The notes: generated from the letters alone by a model not told the origin. Counted from the stretch's first letter, positions 19,752 to 28,509 are shown. The stretch: 64,000 nucleotides of DNA from Usitatibacter sp. (GCA_049300695.1 JBAQKF010000032.1:8292-72291); one strand, 5' to 3'. Program-made: numbers and translations.

Positions 19752-19767
19752 GGTCGCGAGGATGGAT

Positions 19768-20460
19768 TCAAACGAGCTTTTCGGCAAGTTCCTCGAGGGA
19801 CTTGACCGCGAAGTCCACGGGAATGAGTGGGGCCGATTCCCCGGTGCCGGGGCCGCGCTCGCCGGGTCGCGCGACGTGCGCGGTCCTGAGCCCGCACGCC
19901 GCCGCCGCCTTGAGATCGTTGCTGTGCGCCGCCACCATCACGCACTCGTCGGGATGGAGCGCGAGCGCTTCGGCCGCGGCGAGATACACGCGCGGCTTGG
20001 GCTTGTAGTCGTTGGCGATTTCCGCGCCGAGGATCGCGTCCCACGGGAAACCGTTGCGGCGCGCGAGATCGACAATCAGCAGGATGTTGCCGTTGGAGAC
20101 CGGCGCGAGGATGTGCCTTGACTTCAGCCGATCGAGACCCGGACGCACGTCCTTCCAGGCGTCGAGCTTGTGCCAGGCGAGCGTGAGCTCCGCGCGCACG
20201 GCTTCGGGCACCTTCTCCAGCTTGAACTTCGGCACGATGCGCTCGAGCATCCGCCGGTGGATCACGTCGAGCCGAACGAACGGAGTGCGTCCCGACCGCA
20301 CCTCCTCCATCGCGGGTTGATACTCGTCGCGCCATGCCGCCGAGAACGCGAGCCAATCGAGCGAATACCCGAGCGGCTCCAGCAGCGCCTCGGATTCACG
20401 CGCGACACCGCCATGCCAATCGACCAGCGTCCCGAAGACGTCGAAGAAGAGGGCTTTCAT
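19768..20460 (-). CDS. HAD-superfamily hydrolase, haloacid dehalogenase type II-like
   Basis: N-terminal nucleophile motif FFDVFGTLVDW and the later SNGN and KPKPRVY motifs typical of type II HAD. Confidence 0.85.
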   Translation of the reverse strand: MKALFFDVFGTLVDWHGGVARESEALLEPLGYSLDWLAFSAAWRDEYQPAMEEVRSGRTPFVRLDVIHRRMLERIVPKFKLEKVPEAVRAELTLAWHKLDAWKDVRPGLDRLKSRHILAPVSNGNILLIVDLARRNGFPWDAILGAEIANDYKPKPRVYLAAAEALALHPDECVMVAAHSNDLKAAAACGLRTAHVARPGERGPGTGESAPLIPVDFAVKSLEELAEKLV

Positions 20461-20465
20461 CGTTG

Positions 20466-20542
20466 GTCATCCCCGCGGAGGCGGGGGCCCAGCCAATAAA
20501 GCGTGAGCGTTCCGGCCGGATTCCCGCCTCCGCGGGAATGAC
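20466..20542. repeat. Pair of inverted REP-like units (GTCAT(C/T)CCCGCGGAGGCGGG...), each internally palindromic
   Basis: Unit 1 is 20466-20487 and unit 2 (reverse orientation) is 20520-20542. Each contains a CCCGC-GGAG-GCGGG hairpin. The pair is intergenic between the HAD start and the TonB-C gene stop. Confidence 0.75.
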
Positions 20543-20543
20543 A

Positions 20544-20936
20544 TCACGAGTTCGAGACGAACGGTTGCCCGTCCTTCAGCCTGAAAATGATCGTGTACTC
20601 GCCGATGAAAGCGATCGGCCGGCCGGCCTTGATCTCGGGCTTGAACTTCCACCTGGAGAACTTCGCGACGGCCTCCTCGGTGAAGAGCGGGCCGGGCGAT
20701 TCCCTGACCTCCACCCGGGTGACGTTGCCCTTCGCGTCCACGTGCAGCCACGCGGTGAGCTTGCCTTCCAGGCCGTTCCTGCGCGCCTCTTCGGGATAGG
20801 CGGGACGCTCGCCGAAGACTTTCTCGGGATCGACGTTCTCCATCTGCTGGTTGGACGTCGCAGGCGCGGCATTCACGTGCGGAACCGTGACGAATGACGC
20901 TGCGGCGAGCATGGCCGCGAGGATTTTCCTGTTCAT
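20544..20936 (-). CDS. Periplasmic TonB C-terminal domain-containing protein
   Basis: ATG at 20936 overlaps the upstream stop (ATGA). Signal peptide MNRKILAAMLAAASFVTVPHVNA. TonB_C-like YPEEARRNGLEGKLTAWLHVDAKGNVTRVEV...F...A...W.F.P. Confidence 0.75.
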   Translation of the reverse strand: MNRKILAAMLAAASFVTVPHVNAAPATSNQQMENVDPEKVFGERPAYPEEARRNGLEGKLTAWLHVDAKGNVTRVEVRESPGPLFTEEAVAKFSRWKFKPEIKAGRPIAFIGEYTIIFRLKDGQPFVSNS

Positions 20937-21307
20937 CGCGCGGGCACCGGGTGGGCGGGATCCTTCGTGTAGCGCACGGTGATGAGATAGGTCGTGCCGT
21001 CCACGGCGACGGTGATCCGGCTCTTCGCCGGGTCGCTCAACTTCAGGTCCCCGGAGCGCCCCGGGGAACCCGGATGGAAGAACAGGCCGAGGTTGTGCAT
21101 CGTCTTGTCGGTGTACGCGACGGTCTGCGCCTCGTCGACCTTCTTCATGACCTCTTCGTAGTGCCGGGGATTGTCGCGCTGGAGCGCATCGAGCGCGCCC
21201 GGCTTGTCGAGGTCGATGGCGTCGGATGCGGCGGGGAAGCTTGCGATCGTCTCCGCCTGGGCGAAGAGCGCCATGCTGCAGAGCACAACGGGAACCAGGC
21301 GACGCAT
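20933..21307 (-). CDS. Secreted hypothetical protein
   Basis: 124 aa with signal peptide MRRLVPVVLCSMALFAQA. Translationally coupled to the TonB-C gene. No family recognised. Confidence 0.6.
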   Translation of the reverse strand: MRRLVPVVLCSMALFAQAETIASFPAASDAIDLDKPGALDALQRDNPRHYEEVMKKVDEAQTVAYTDKTMHNLGLFFHPGSPGRSGDLKLSDPAKSRITVAVDGTTYLITVRYTKDPAHPVPAR

Positions 21308-21330
21308 GATGCCTCCTCGGGGCAGGTGGC

Positions 21331-22068
21331 CTATTCTGCCCGATTAGAGTCCGGGGAGGCCGCCAGGTTCCGTGCCGATGCCTTTCGAAGCGCCGCCCGC
21401 GCGAGAAGGCGCGTGGAGTCGAGCGTGGGAAGCGCGGAGATCGCATCGTTCACGATAAGCGGCAATTCCGTGCACCCGAGGATCACCGCGTCGCAGCCCT
21501 CGCCTTTCATGCGCTCGATCGTCTTCTGCATGAATGCCACTGCCTCGGGGCGGAACACGCCGTAAACCAGCTCGGCCATGATGATGCGATCGATCTCGAT
21601 CCGCTCGGCGGCGGTCGGCCGGACGCACTCGATCGAGCGCGCCGCGAGTTTCCCCGGATACACGTCGCTGTCGACGAGCCAGCGCGTGCCGGTCAATCCC
21701 AGGCGCTCGAAGCCACGCTCCCTCGCCTCGTCGCCCACGACTTCCGCGATGTGGAGCCAGGGTAACGGCGAGCGTGGCACGACGCGCGCCATCGCCTGGT
21801 GGATCGTGTTGTCGGGACAAATGAGGAAGTCCGCGCCCGCCTTCGCGAGCTTCCCGGCCGACGAGAGCATGAGCGCCGCCACGCCTTCCACGTCCTTGCG
21901 ATCGAGCGCCACCACGTACTCGGCGAGGGCGTGCGTATGCATCGATACTTCCGGATGATCGTGCGGGCCGTAGATCGCCGCGCCCTCGATGCAGATCGTG
22001 CGATAGCAGAGCGCCGCGCCTTCCGCGGAGCACGCGACGATGCCGATGTGCAGCCCGCGCCGGCTCAA
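21331..22068 (-). CDS. Aspartate/glutamate racemase family protein
   Basis: TTG at 22068 overlaps the isochorismatase stop (TTGA). It gives (M)SRRGLHIGIVACSAEGAALCY... and the second Cys motif AVILGCTELPL. The start is uncertain. Confidence 0.78.
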   Translation of the reverse strand: MSRRGLHIGIVACSAEGAALCYRTICIEGAAIYGPHDHPEVSMHTHALAEYVVALDRKDVEGVAALMLSSAGKLAKAGADFLICPDNTIHQAMARVVPRSPLPWLHIAEVVGDEARERGFERLGLTGTRWLVDSDVYPGKLAARSIECVRPTAAERIEIDRIIMAELVYGVFRPEAVAFMQKTIERMKGEGCDAVILGCTELPLIVNDAISALPTLDSTRLLARAALRKASARNLAASPDSNRAE

Positions 22069-22610
22069 GGCACCAGCGCGCTGGCGGGAGCGACCTTGGC
22101 GAAGGCGCCGTTCAGCGCGGCGAGATAGGCGGCCTGGACGCTCTCGGCCGGGACCTGCACGCCGTTGAAGGTGAGCGAGCGCGTTGCGCACGCGTCCTGC
22201 GCAAGCGAGCACGCGAAGCCCTGGTCGGCCGCGGCGCGCGTCGAAGTGTCCACGCACATGTGCGTCATCATCCCGGCGATCACGAGGTTGGTGATGCCCG
22301 CGCCGCGCAGGTGCTCGAGGAGCGGCGTCTGCCGGAACGCGTTGGGGAAATTCTTCTGGAAGATCGTCTCGCCGTCGATGGGTCGCACCGATCCGTGGAT
22401 CTGCATGCCCTTCGTTCCCGGCAGGAAGAACGTGGCGCCCGCACGGATCGACACGTGCTGGATATGGATCACGGGCAGCGATTTCTCGCGAAACGCGTGG
22501 AGCAGCTTGCCCGCCTGCGCGCCGGCCTCATCGGCGCCGGCGAGCTCCATCGCGCCGCCGGGAAAATAGTCGTCCTGGATGTCGATGATGAGCAGCGCGG
22601 TCGAGCTCAT
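22065..22610 (-). CDS. Isochorismatase-family (cysteine) hydrolase
   Basis: ATG at 22610 overlaps the upstream stop (ATGA). ALLIIDIQDDYF, and catalytic Cys context LVIAGMMTHMCVDTSTR. Confidence 0.88.
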   Translation of the reverse strand: MSSTALLIIDIQDDYFPGGAMELAGADEAGAQAGKLLHAFREKSLPVIHIQHVSIRAGATFFLPGTKGMQIHGSVRPIDGETIFQKNFPNAFRQTPLLEHLRGAGITNLVIAGMMTHMCVDTSTRAAADQGFACSLAQDACATRSLTFNGVQVPAESVQAAYLAALNGAFAKVAPASALVP

Positions 22611-23677
22611 TTGGCCTCGTTCAGCACCTTGTTCATCGCGTCCTCGTGGGCTTTCTCGGCGTCCTTGCGCGTGGTGTAGTGCAACTTGTCGGGATCGCCC
22701 TGTGGCGCGGCGGCCGTGGGAGTGGGCTCGACCGGTTCGACATTGCGCGGCGGCGGCGGTGGCTCGACGAACTGCTTTTCCACGCCCGTCCCCTTGGCGA
22801 GCTCGATGCGCCGCGAGGCAAGCGCGAACGCAGAGCCCTCGCCGGCCGGGTGCGGTACCGCGATGATGCCCACGAACCTGCCATAGGGATCGAACAGCAC
22901 CGAGCCGTTCGGCAGGGTCGCGGCGGCCTTCACCTCGAACGCGGGACCTTGCGCGTCCTGCACGGCGTGGGCGCCGGTCACCTGGCGCGCCTCGGGGCGT
23001 CCGTTGGAATTCACGAAGACCGCCTGGAGCTTGTCCGCCGGGTTGGGAAGGTCGCCCCGGAACTTGAGGCCCGGCGTGGCGCCTTTCGACTTGAACACGC
23101 ACACGTCCAATTGATCGTTGGTGTGGGTGAGCTCGGCCGTGTCGGAGAAGTCCCCGGATTTCGCCGTGATCACCATGCCGGCGGCGAGGCCCTGGCACGT
23201 CGAGACGAGTTTGCCGTCCTGGATTGCGATGGCGGTGCCGAGCGGGCGCACCTCGCCCGACATGAGCGCCCCCTCGAGGTGCCAGAGCTGCGGCGCGACC
23301 GCCGCCAGCAACGCATCGGGCGTCAGGGGCTTGGGCCTTGCTTCCTCTTCGAGCTGGCGCGAGTGCCATACGGCGTAACCGGTCCAAAGCGCGGTGGCGA
23401 CCACGACGACCGCCAATGCGATCTTGATGGGCTTGTGTTTCTCGTTCTTTCCCATGAGCGCTCGCCGGCGAAGCAGCGCGTCGTATTCGTCGCGCTTGTC
23501 CGGATTCGAGAGGGTCTCGAAGGCGACCTTCGCCTGCGCCATCAGCCGCGGATTCGGCGCCGCGTCTTCCTTCTGCTGCTCGGCCTGGAGCCGGTTATAG
23601 GCGCGGGTAATCTCGGTCATCTTCGCGCTCGCCTTCACGCCCAGGGCGTCGTACAGCGTCCTTTCGCTTTCAGCCAT
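22607..23677 (-). CDS. Membrane-anchored protein with an N-terminal J-like domain (no HPD), one TM helix and a C-terminal trypsin-like-fold domain with degenerate catalytic motifs
   Basis: ATG at 23677. TLYDALGV...ITRAYNRL...AFETLSNPDKRDEYD resembles DnaJ helices I-III, but the HPD position reads EDAAPN. TM helix IKIALAVVVVATALWTGYAVW. C-terminal GTAIAI.DGKLVST, DVCVFK and NGSVLFDPYGRFVGII. Confidence 0.68.
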   Translation of the reverse strand: MAESERTLYDALGVKASAKMTEITRAYNRLQAEQQKEDAAPNPRLMAQAKVAFETLSNPDKRDEYDALLRRRALMGKNEKHKPIKIALAVVVVATALWTGYAVWHSRQLEEEARPKPLTPDALLAAVAPQLWHLEGALMSGEVRPLGTAIAIQDGKLVSTCQGLAAGMVITAKSGDFSDTAELTHTNDQLDVCVFKSKGATPGLKFRGDLPNPADKLQAVFVNSNGRPEARQVTGAHAVQDAQGPAFEVKAAATLPNGSVLFDPYGRFVGIIAVPHPAGEGSAFALASRRIELAKGTGVEKQFVEPPPPPRNVEPVEPTPTAAAPQGDPDKLHYTTRKDAEKAHEDAMNKVLNEAK

Positions 23678-23708
23678 TGTCGTCTGCCCTGTTTTCGAAA
23701 CCCGGGGA

Positions 23709-24359
23709 TTATCGCAGCTTGCGGATGAACACGTGGTTGGCACGCTCGCCCACCACGGACCTCTCGGCCTCGTAGCCCAGCACCGGCAAATCGATGTCGC
23801 GGAAGAGGTTCTCGCCGCTGCCGAGCAAGACGGGCCGCACGACAAGATGCATCTCGTCGATGAGGCGCTCGCGAAGGTACTCGCGAACGGTCGCGACTCC
23901 GCCGCCGACGCGCACATCCTTCGTGCCTGCCGCGGCCTTCGCCTTCTCGAGCGCGGACTCGATGCCGTCGGTCACGAAGTGGAACGTCGTCCCGCCCTTC
24001 ATCTCGATCGGCTTACGCGCATGATGCGTGAGCACGAACACGGGCACGTGGTACGGCGGCTCGTCGCCCCACCAGCCTTTCCAGTTCTCGTCGGGCCACG
24101 GGCCGCGAATGGGCCCGAACATGTTGCGCCCGAGGATCCACGCGCCGATGTTTTCGAAGCCCTTCTCGGCCATCTCGTTGTCGATGCCCTTCTCTCCGTC
24201 GCCTTCGATGTTTTGCTTGATCTTCCACAGGTGCGTGGCGAAGAACCACTCGAAGAGCTTGGGGCCGCCGACTCCGAGGGGGTTCTGCAGGTCCTGGTTG
24301 GGACCGGCGCCATAGCCGTCGAGCGATACGGCGAACGATTGGACCCGGAGCCTCGCCAT
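23709..24359 (-). CDS. Dihydrofolate reductase family protein (RibD C-terminal domain)
   Basis: ATG at 24359. MARLRVQSFAVSLDGY...ILGRNMF...VFVLTHH...GGGVATVREYL, typical of the RibD_C/DHFR-like family. Confidence 0.85.
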   Translation of the reverse strand: MARLRVQSFAVSLDGYGAGPNQDLQNPLGVGGPKLFEWFFATHLWKIKQNIEGDGEKGIDNEMAEKGFENIGAWILGRNMFGPIRGPWPDENWKGWWGDEPPYHVPVFVLTHHARKPIEMKGGTTFHFVTDGIESALEKAKAAAGTKDVRVGGGVATVREYLRERLIDEMHLVVRPVLLGSGENLFRDIDLPVLGYEAERSVVGERANHVFIRKLR

Positions 24360-24361
24360 CG

Positions 24362-24982
24362 TCAGGGAGCCTTCTTCTCTACGAAGAACTTGCCCCTTTC
24401 CTTGGGATTCGCCTCGAGCAGCCCGACGATGAGCTCTTTCAGGTCGCCTTGCGCCGCCATGGGATCGAGGGAAGGCGCCGTGTACAGGAGCTTCACGATC
24501 TTGTTCTTGAACCCGGTGACCAGGACCCATGTGGCCATCGGGCCCTTGGTGCCGTCGGGCGCCGCGTAGGTCCAGGAGTAGAGGCCGACCCGCAGCTTCG
24601 CCACGCGCCCTTCGTTCTGGATCACCGGCGTCGATTCGGCGAACTTCTTCCCGGCGGACGCCGGTGGCATGGCGAGGAGCCGCTCTATCCCGGCTTCCGA
24701 TTGCGCGAAGGCATCGCTCACTGCCTCGGAATCCACGCCCGTCGGGATTTCGGCAAGGCCCAGGTCGTAGACGAACACCTCGCCGCGTCCCGGCCCCTCG
24801 TAGCGCACGGCCACGCCCTGCCGCGGATCGGGAAACGTGGTCGATCCGGTCCTCTGGAACCTCCCGACCTGCGCGGGAAACGTGAGACCCGTCGCGCTCT
24901 CGACGAAGGGATCGTTCGTCTGCGCGAGCGCCGCTGCCGGGAGCAGCCCGCCCAGGAAAAGACATGCCAATCCGACTCTCAT
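24362..24982 (-). CDS. Secreted hypothetical protein
   Basis: ATG at 24982 shares 1 nt with the Bug gene stop. Signal peptide MRVGLACLFLGGLLPAAALA. No family recognised. Confidence 0.6.
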   Translation of the reverse strand: MRVGLACLFLGGLLPAAALAQTNDPFVESATGLTFPAQVGRFQRTGSTTFPDPRQGVAVRYEGPGRGEVFVYDLGLAEIPTGVDSEAVSDAFAQSEAGIERLLAMPPASAGKKFAESTPVIQNEGRVAKLRVGLYSWTYAAPDGTKGPMATWVLVTGFKNKIVKLLYTAPSLDPMAAQGDLKELIVGLLEANPKERGKFFVEKKAP

Positions 24983-25938
24983 CACTCCACCTTGATGTTG
25001 AGCGCCTTTGCGACGCGTGAGTATGTCGCGATCTCGGTTGCAAGCTGATTGCCGAACGCCGCGCCGCACGTGAGGACAGGCTCGATGCCCGCCGCGACCA
25101 GGCGATCGCGCGCACTGGCGTCCTTCGCGAAGGCTTCGGCCTGCGCAATTAGCGACCGCACCACCGGTTCGGGAGTTCCCGCGGGCGCGAAGAACCCGTA
25201 CCAGACCTCCGCGCTGAATCCCTTCACGCCACCCTCCGTGAAGGTGGGCACGTCGGGCAGCAGGCGCGAGCGTTCTTCGGCCGCGACGGCGATCGCGATC
25301 AGCTTGCCCGCCTTCACCTGCGTGATTACCGAGCCCACCGTCGCCAAGTACGCGTCGACTTCACCCGCGAGCAACGCCGTGGCCGCGGGTGGCGCGCCCT
25401 TGTACGGCACGTGCGTCATCGAAAGCCCCGTGATGTTGAGGAAATTCTCCGTCGCGAGATGGACTGCGCTGCCGATGCCCACCGACGCGTAGGTGTACTT
25501 GCCCGGTTGCTCGCGGATCTTCTGCATGAATTCCGGAAGCGTCGTCACGCCGAGCCTGTGCGAGACGACAAGCACTGTCGGGCTCTTCGCGACGATGCAG
25601 ATGGGCGCGAAGGACTTCGCCACATCGAACTTCACGCGATCCGAGTAGAGCGCGGGAATCATCGCGTGGTTCTGCGCGGCGGCGAGCAGCGTGTAGCCGT
25701 CGGGCTTCGATGTCGCCACCGCATCCGTGGCGATGATCGAATTGGCGCCCGGCCGGTTTTCCACGATGAAAGGCTGCTTGAGGTCGGCGCCCGCGTGCTC
25801 GGCGAACATGCGCGCCACGATGTCGGTCGGCCCGCCCGCGGGGAAACCCACGACGATCTTCACGGGCTTGTCGGGATAGGACTGGGCGAACGCGAGGGCG
25901 CTTGCGAGCAGCAATCCGGGAAAGGCGGCGATCCTCAT
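24982..25938 (-). CDS. Tripartite tricarboxylate transporter substrate-binding protein (Bug/TctC family)
   Basis: ATG at 25938 overlaps the upstream stop (ATGA). Signal peptide, then YPDKPVKIVVGFPAGGPTDIVAR...ENRPGANS...VPYKG, the classic Bug signature. Confidence 0.9.
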   Translation of the reverse strand: MRIAAFPGLLLASALAFAQSYPDKPVKIVVGFPAGGPTDIVARMFAEHAGADLKQPFIVENRPGANSIIATDAVATSKPDGYTLLAAAQNHAMIPALYSDRVKFDVAKSFAPICIVAKSPTVLVVSHRLGVTTLPEFMQKIREQPGKYTYASVGIGSAVHLATENFLNITGLSMTHVPYKGAPPAATALLAGEVDAYLATVGSVITQVKAGKLIAIAVAAEERSRLLPDVPTFTEGGVKGFSAEVWYGFFAPAGTPEPVVRSLIAQAEAFAKDASARDRLVAAGIEPVLTCGAAFGNQLATEIATYSRVAKALNIKVE

Positions 25939-26393
25939 TTGCGTCGCGCCTTGTCCACGCGCTCGATCAAATCGTCGGCGATCGTGTTCCTCGCGAACGG
26001 ATTGAGCGTGACAGGCCTCACCGGCGAGAAGCTCACCTCCTTGCCGAACCTGGAAGGATTCACGAGGCGCAGCGTCACGCGGGGCGGATTCACCATCAGG
26101 GTCGCGCTCACGTTCATGATGTTCGAGAGGGCAATGCGATCCTCCTTGTCGCCCTTCTTCACCAGGAGGTAGTCGCCTCCGTCGTACACCTCGTCCATCA
26201 GGTCCCACACGAACTTGCGCAGGACCAGGAAGAGGATGGGGATCATGACGAGCGGCATGAAGAAGATCGCGACCGGCGGCGGGTTGCGCGGCACCGTGAG
26301 CCCGATCCCGATGGGGACCAGCATGACGACGAGGAAGAGGACCGGAAAGATCCACTTCAGGAAGTAGACTTGCTTGGATGAAATCCGGGTCAT
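25935..26393 (-). CDS. Hypothetical membrane protein (two predicted TM helices)
   Basis: 152-aa ORF with hydrophobic stretches WIFPVLFLVVMLVPIGIGL and VAIFFMPLVMIPILFLVL. Translationally coupled to the Bug gene. Confidence 0.6.
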   Translation of the reverse strand: MTRISSKQVYFLKWIFPVLFLVVMLVPIGIGLTVPRNPPPVAIFFMPLVMIPILFLVLRKFVWDLMDEVYDGGDYLLVKKGDKEDRIALSNIMNVSATLMVNPPRVTLRLVNPSRFGKEVSFSPVRPVTLNPFARNTIADDLIERVDKARRK

Positions 26394-26471
26394 GGCCGTG
26401 TCTCGTTCGCAGGTGGCGCGCCCAATTTAGTGGTCTAATGGCCCAATAGCAAACAAGAATCCTGGGGGGCT

Positions 26472-27740
26472 ATGGGCGCACAGCCCGGGCACCATGTGCT
26501 CGCCGCACGGGACCTCGAGCCGATCCTGGCGGTTGCGGCCAAGCTTGCCGCACCCTTCGACCTCTCCACCATGTTGCGCGAGGTGGTGAACGCCGCCAAG
26601 CTGGTGCTCGGGGCCGAGCGGGGTTCGGTATGGCTCTACGACGAGGGCCGTGACGAGCTCGTCCTCGAGATCGCCACCGGCATCGATCCGGTGCGCGTCA
26701 AGTCGGGCACGGGGCTCGCCGGCAGTTGCGCCCGCACGCGCACCCTCATCAACGTCCCCGACTGCTACTCGGACCCGCGCTTCGACCCCGAGCTCGATCG
26801 CCGCTCGGGCTATCGCACGCGCTGCATGCTCACGATGCCGCTGGTGGACCACCGCGGCAAGCTCGTGGGCGTGATGCAGGTGCTCAACAAGTCCGAAGGC
26901 ACGTTCGAGTCCGAGGATGAAGCGCTCGCCACCGTGCTCGCGGCGCAATGCGCCATCGCGTTGCAGCGCGTGCGCATGACCGAGGCGCTCATCGAGGGCG
27001 AGAAGCTGCGCCAGCAGCTCGAGATGGCGCGCATCGTGCAGATGAGCACGCTGCCCGGCACGATGCCGGCGATCGCGGGCTACGACGTGTACGGCACCTT
27101 CAAGCCCGCGGATCTCACCGGCGGCGACACATTCGACCTTTCGCTCCTCGATGCGGGCCTGCTCATCGTGCTGGCCGACGCGACCGGGCACGGCATCGCG
27201 CCGGCGCTGTCGGTCACGCAGATGCAGGCCATGCTCCGGATGGCCTTCCGCCTCGGCGCCGACCTGGAAACCGCCTTCAAGACGGTGAACAACCAGCTCG
27301 CCGACACGCTTCCCGAGGATCGGTTCATCACCGCGTTCATCGGGCTGCTCGATCCGAAGACGCATCGCGTCCGGTTCCAGAGTGGAGGCCAGGGGCCGAT
27401 CCTGCACTTCCATGCGGCCGACGGGCAATCCACGCACCACAAGCCCACCAGCTTCCCGCTCGCGGCGATGCCGATCACGACGCTGCGCCCGTCGATCGAG
27501 ATCGTGTTCGAGCCCGGCGACATTCTCGCGCTCGTCTCCGACGGCATCTTCGAATACAACGGCCCCGCCGGCGAGGAGTTCGGCGAGGATCGCGTGAAGA
27601 AGCTGCTCGCGGCCCATCGCGGAAAACCAGTCGCGGAAATCTGCGCCCTGCTCTTCGCGGCGGTGCAGGAATTCGCCGGAGCCGCGCCCCAGGAGGACGA
27701 CATGACCGTGGTGCTCGTGAAACGCGAGCCGGCGCCGTGA
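26472..27740 (+). CDS. GAF domain-containing PP2C-type serine phosphatase (RsbU/SpoIIE family)
   Basis: N-terminal GAF (GSVWLYDEGRDELVLEIATG...GLAGSCARTR...DPRFD...MLTMPLVDHRGKLVGVMQVLNK). C-terminal PP2C/SpoIIE (GGDTFDL, VLADATGHGI, SDGIFE, QEDDMTVVLVK). Confidence 0.88.
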   Translation: MGAQPGHHVLAARDLEPILAVAAKLAAPFDLSTMLREVVNAAKLVLGAERGSVWLYDEGRDELVLEIATGIDPVRVKSGTGLAGSCARTRTLINVPDCYSDPRFDPELDRRSGYRTRCMLTMPLVDHRGKLVGVMQVLNKSEGTFESEDEALATVLAAQCAIALQRVRMTEALIEGEKLRQQLEMARIVQMSTLPGTMPAIAGYDVYGTFKPADLTGGDTFDLSLLDAGLLIVLADATGHGIAPALSVTQMQAMLRMAFRLGADLETAFKTVNNQLADTLPEDRFITAFIGLLDPKTHRVRFQSGGQGPILHFHAADGQSTHHKPTSFPLAAMPITTLRPSIEIVFEPGDILALVSDGIFEYNGPAGEEFGEDRVKKLLAAHRGKPVAEICALLFAAVQEFAGAAPQEDDMTVVLVKREPAP

Positions 27741-28474
27741 CTACCGACCGCCTGTTCGGACGCAGCTACGACTCCATCGGGGCGCTGGCCGACTTCACGC
27801 GCGAGGTCTTCACCCGCGACCAGATGGACCTTCGCATCCTGCCGCCGGTGGACTTCGTGATCGAGGAGCTCTTCACCAATATGGTCAAATACGCGACCGG
27901 CAGCGACGCGGCCGTGCGCGTGAGCCTCACCAAGGTTGCCGGGGGCGTGGAGGTGAGCCTCACCGACTTCGGCGTGGAGCGTTTCGACCCCACGCAGGGG
28001 CCCGAGGTGGATATCAACGCGCCGATCGAACAGCGGCGGCCCGGAGGCCTCGGCCTTCACCTCATCCGCAAGATGGTGGATTCCATCCACTACGACTACG
28101 AGCAGGAAAGCCGGCAGGGCCGGATCACGTTCCGCAAGACCATCCCCGACCGCAGGGGAAGCAAGACGGGAGGCGAGATGCTTCAAATCGATTTCGGCAC
28201 GGACTCCGGCACGGTGGCGATCGCAGGCCGCCTGGACGCCGCGCAGTGCCCTGCCGCCCAGGCCTTCCTCGACAAGGTGCAGGGAACGGTCACCCTCGAC
28301 TGCCGCAAGCTCGAGTACATCTCGAGCGCGGGCCTGGGCGTCCTGCTGAAGACCCAGAAGCGCCTCATGACCGGAGGCGGCAAGCTGAAGCTCGCGGGCG
28401 TGAACGCGCACCTGCGCGACATCTTCGCCTACTCGGGCTTCGACCAGATCTTCGAGATCGAGCCGGCGGCCTAG
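27737..28474 (+). CDS. Fusion protein: RsbW-like anti-sigma serine kinase (HATPase_c_2) joined in frame to a STAS anti-sigma-antagonist domain
   Basis: GTG at 27737 overlaps the phosphatase stop (GTGA). Kinase N-box EELFTNMVKYA, G-boxes DFGVERFD and RPGGLGLHLIRKM. STAS domain from codon 148 with YISSAGLGVLLK (phospho-Ser context). No stop separates the two domains. An internal GGGAGG-N5-ATG lies at 28178. Confidence 0.8.
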   Translation: MTTDRLFGRSYDSIGALADFTREVFTRDQMDLRILPPVDFVIEELFTNMVKYATGSDAAVRVSLTKVAGGVEVSLTDFGVERFDPTQGPEVDINAPIEQRRPGGLGLHLIRKMVDSIHYDYEQESRQGRITFRKTIPDRRGSKTGGEMLQIDFGTDSGTVAIAGRLDAAQCPAAQAFLDKVQGTVTLDCRKLEYISSAGLGVLLKTQKRLMTGGGKLKLAGVNAHLRDIFAYSGFDQIFEIEPAA

Positions 28475-28509
28475 GCTTCATCCAACTTTTCCCGCCGACC
28501 GGTGTAATT

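Noticed and set aside
28178-28474. STAS domain as an independent RsbV-like gene
   Set aside because: No stop codon separates it from the upstream kinase domain in the same frame, so the primary call is a fusion. The internal SD-ATG is kept as a hypothesis in the findings rather than as a separate feature.
28484-28508. ECF-type autoregulatory promoter (AAC-containing -35 at 28484-28486 and a GTAAT-like -10) just upstream of the sigma gene
   Set aside because: The match to GGAAC-N16/17-CGT(C/T) consensus types is poor. The putative -10 would abut the GTG start codon, requiring a leaderless mRNA. The evidence is not sufficient.
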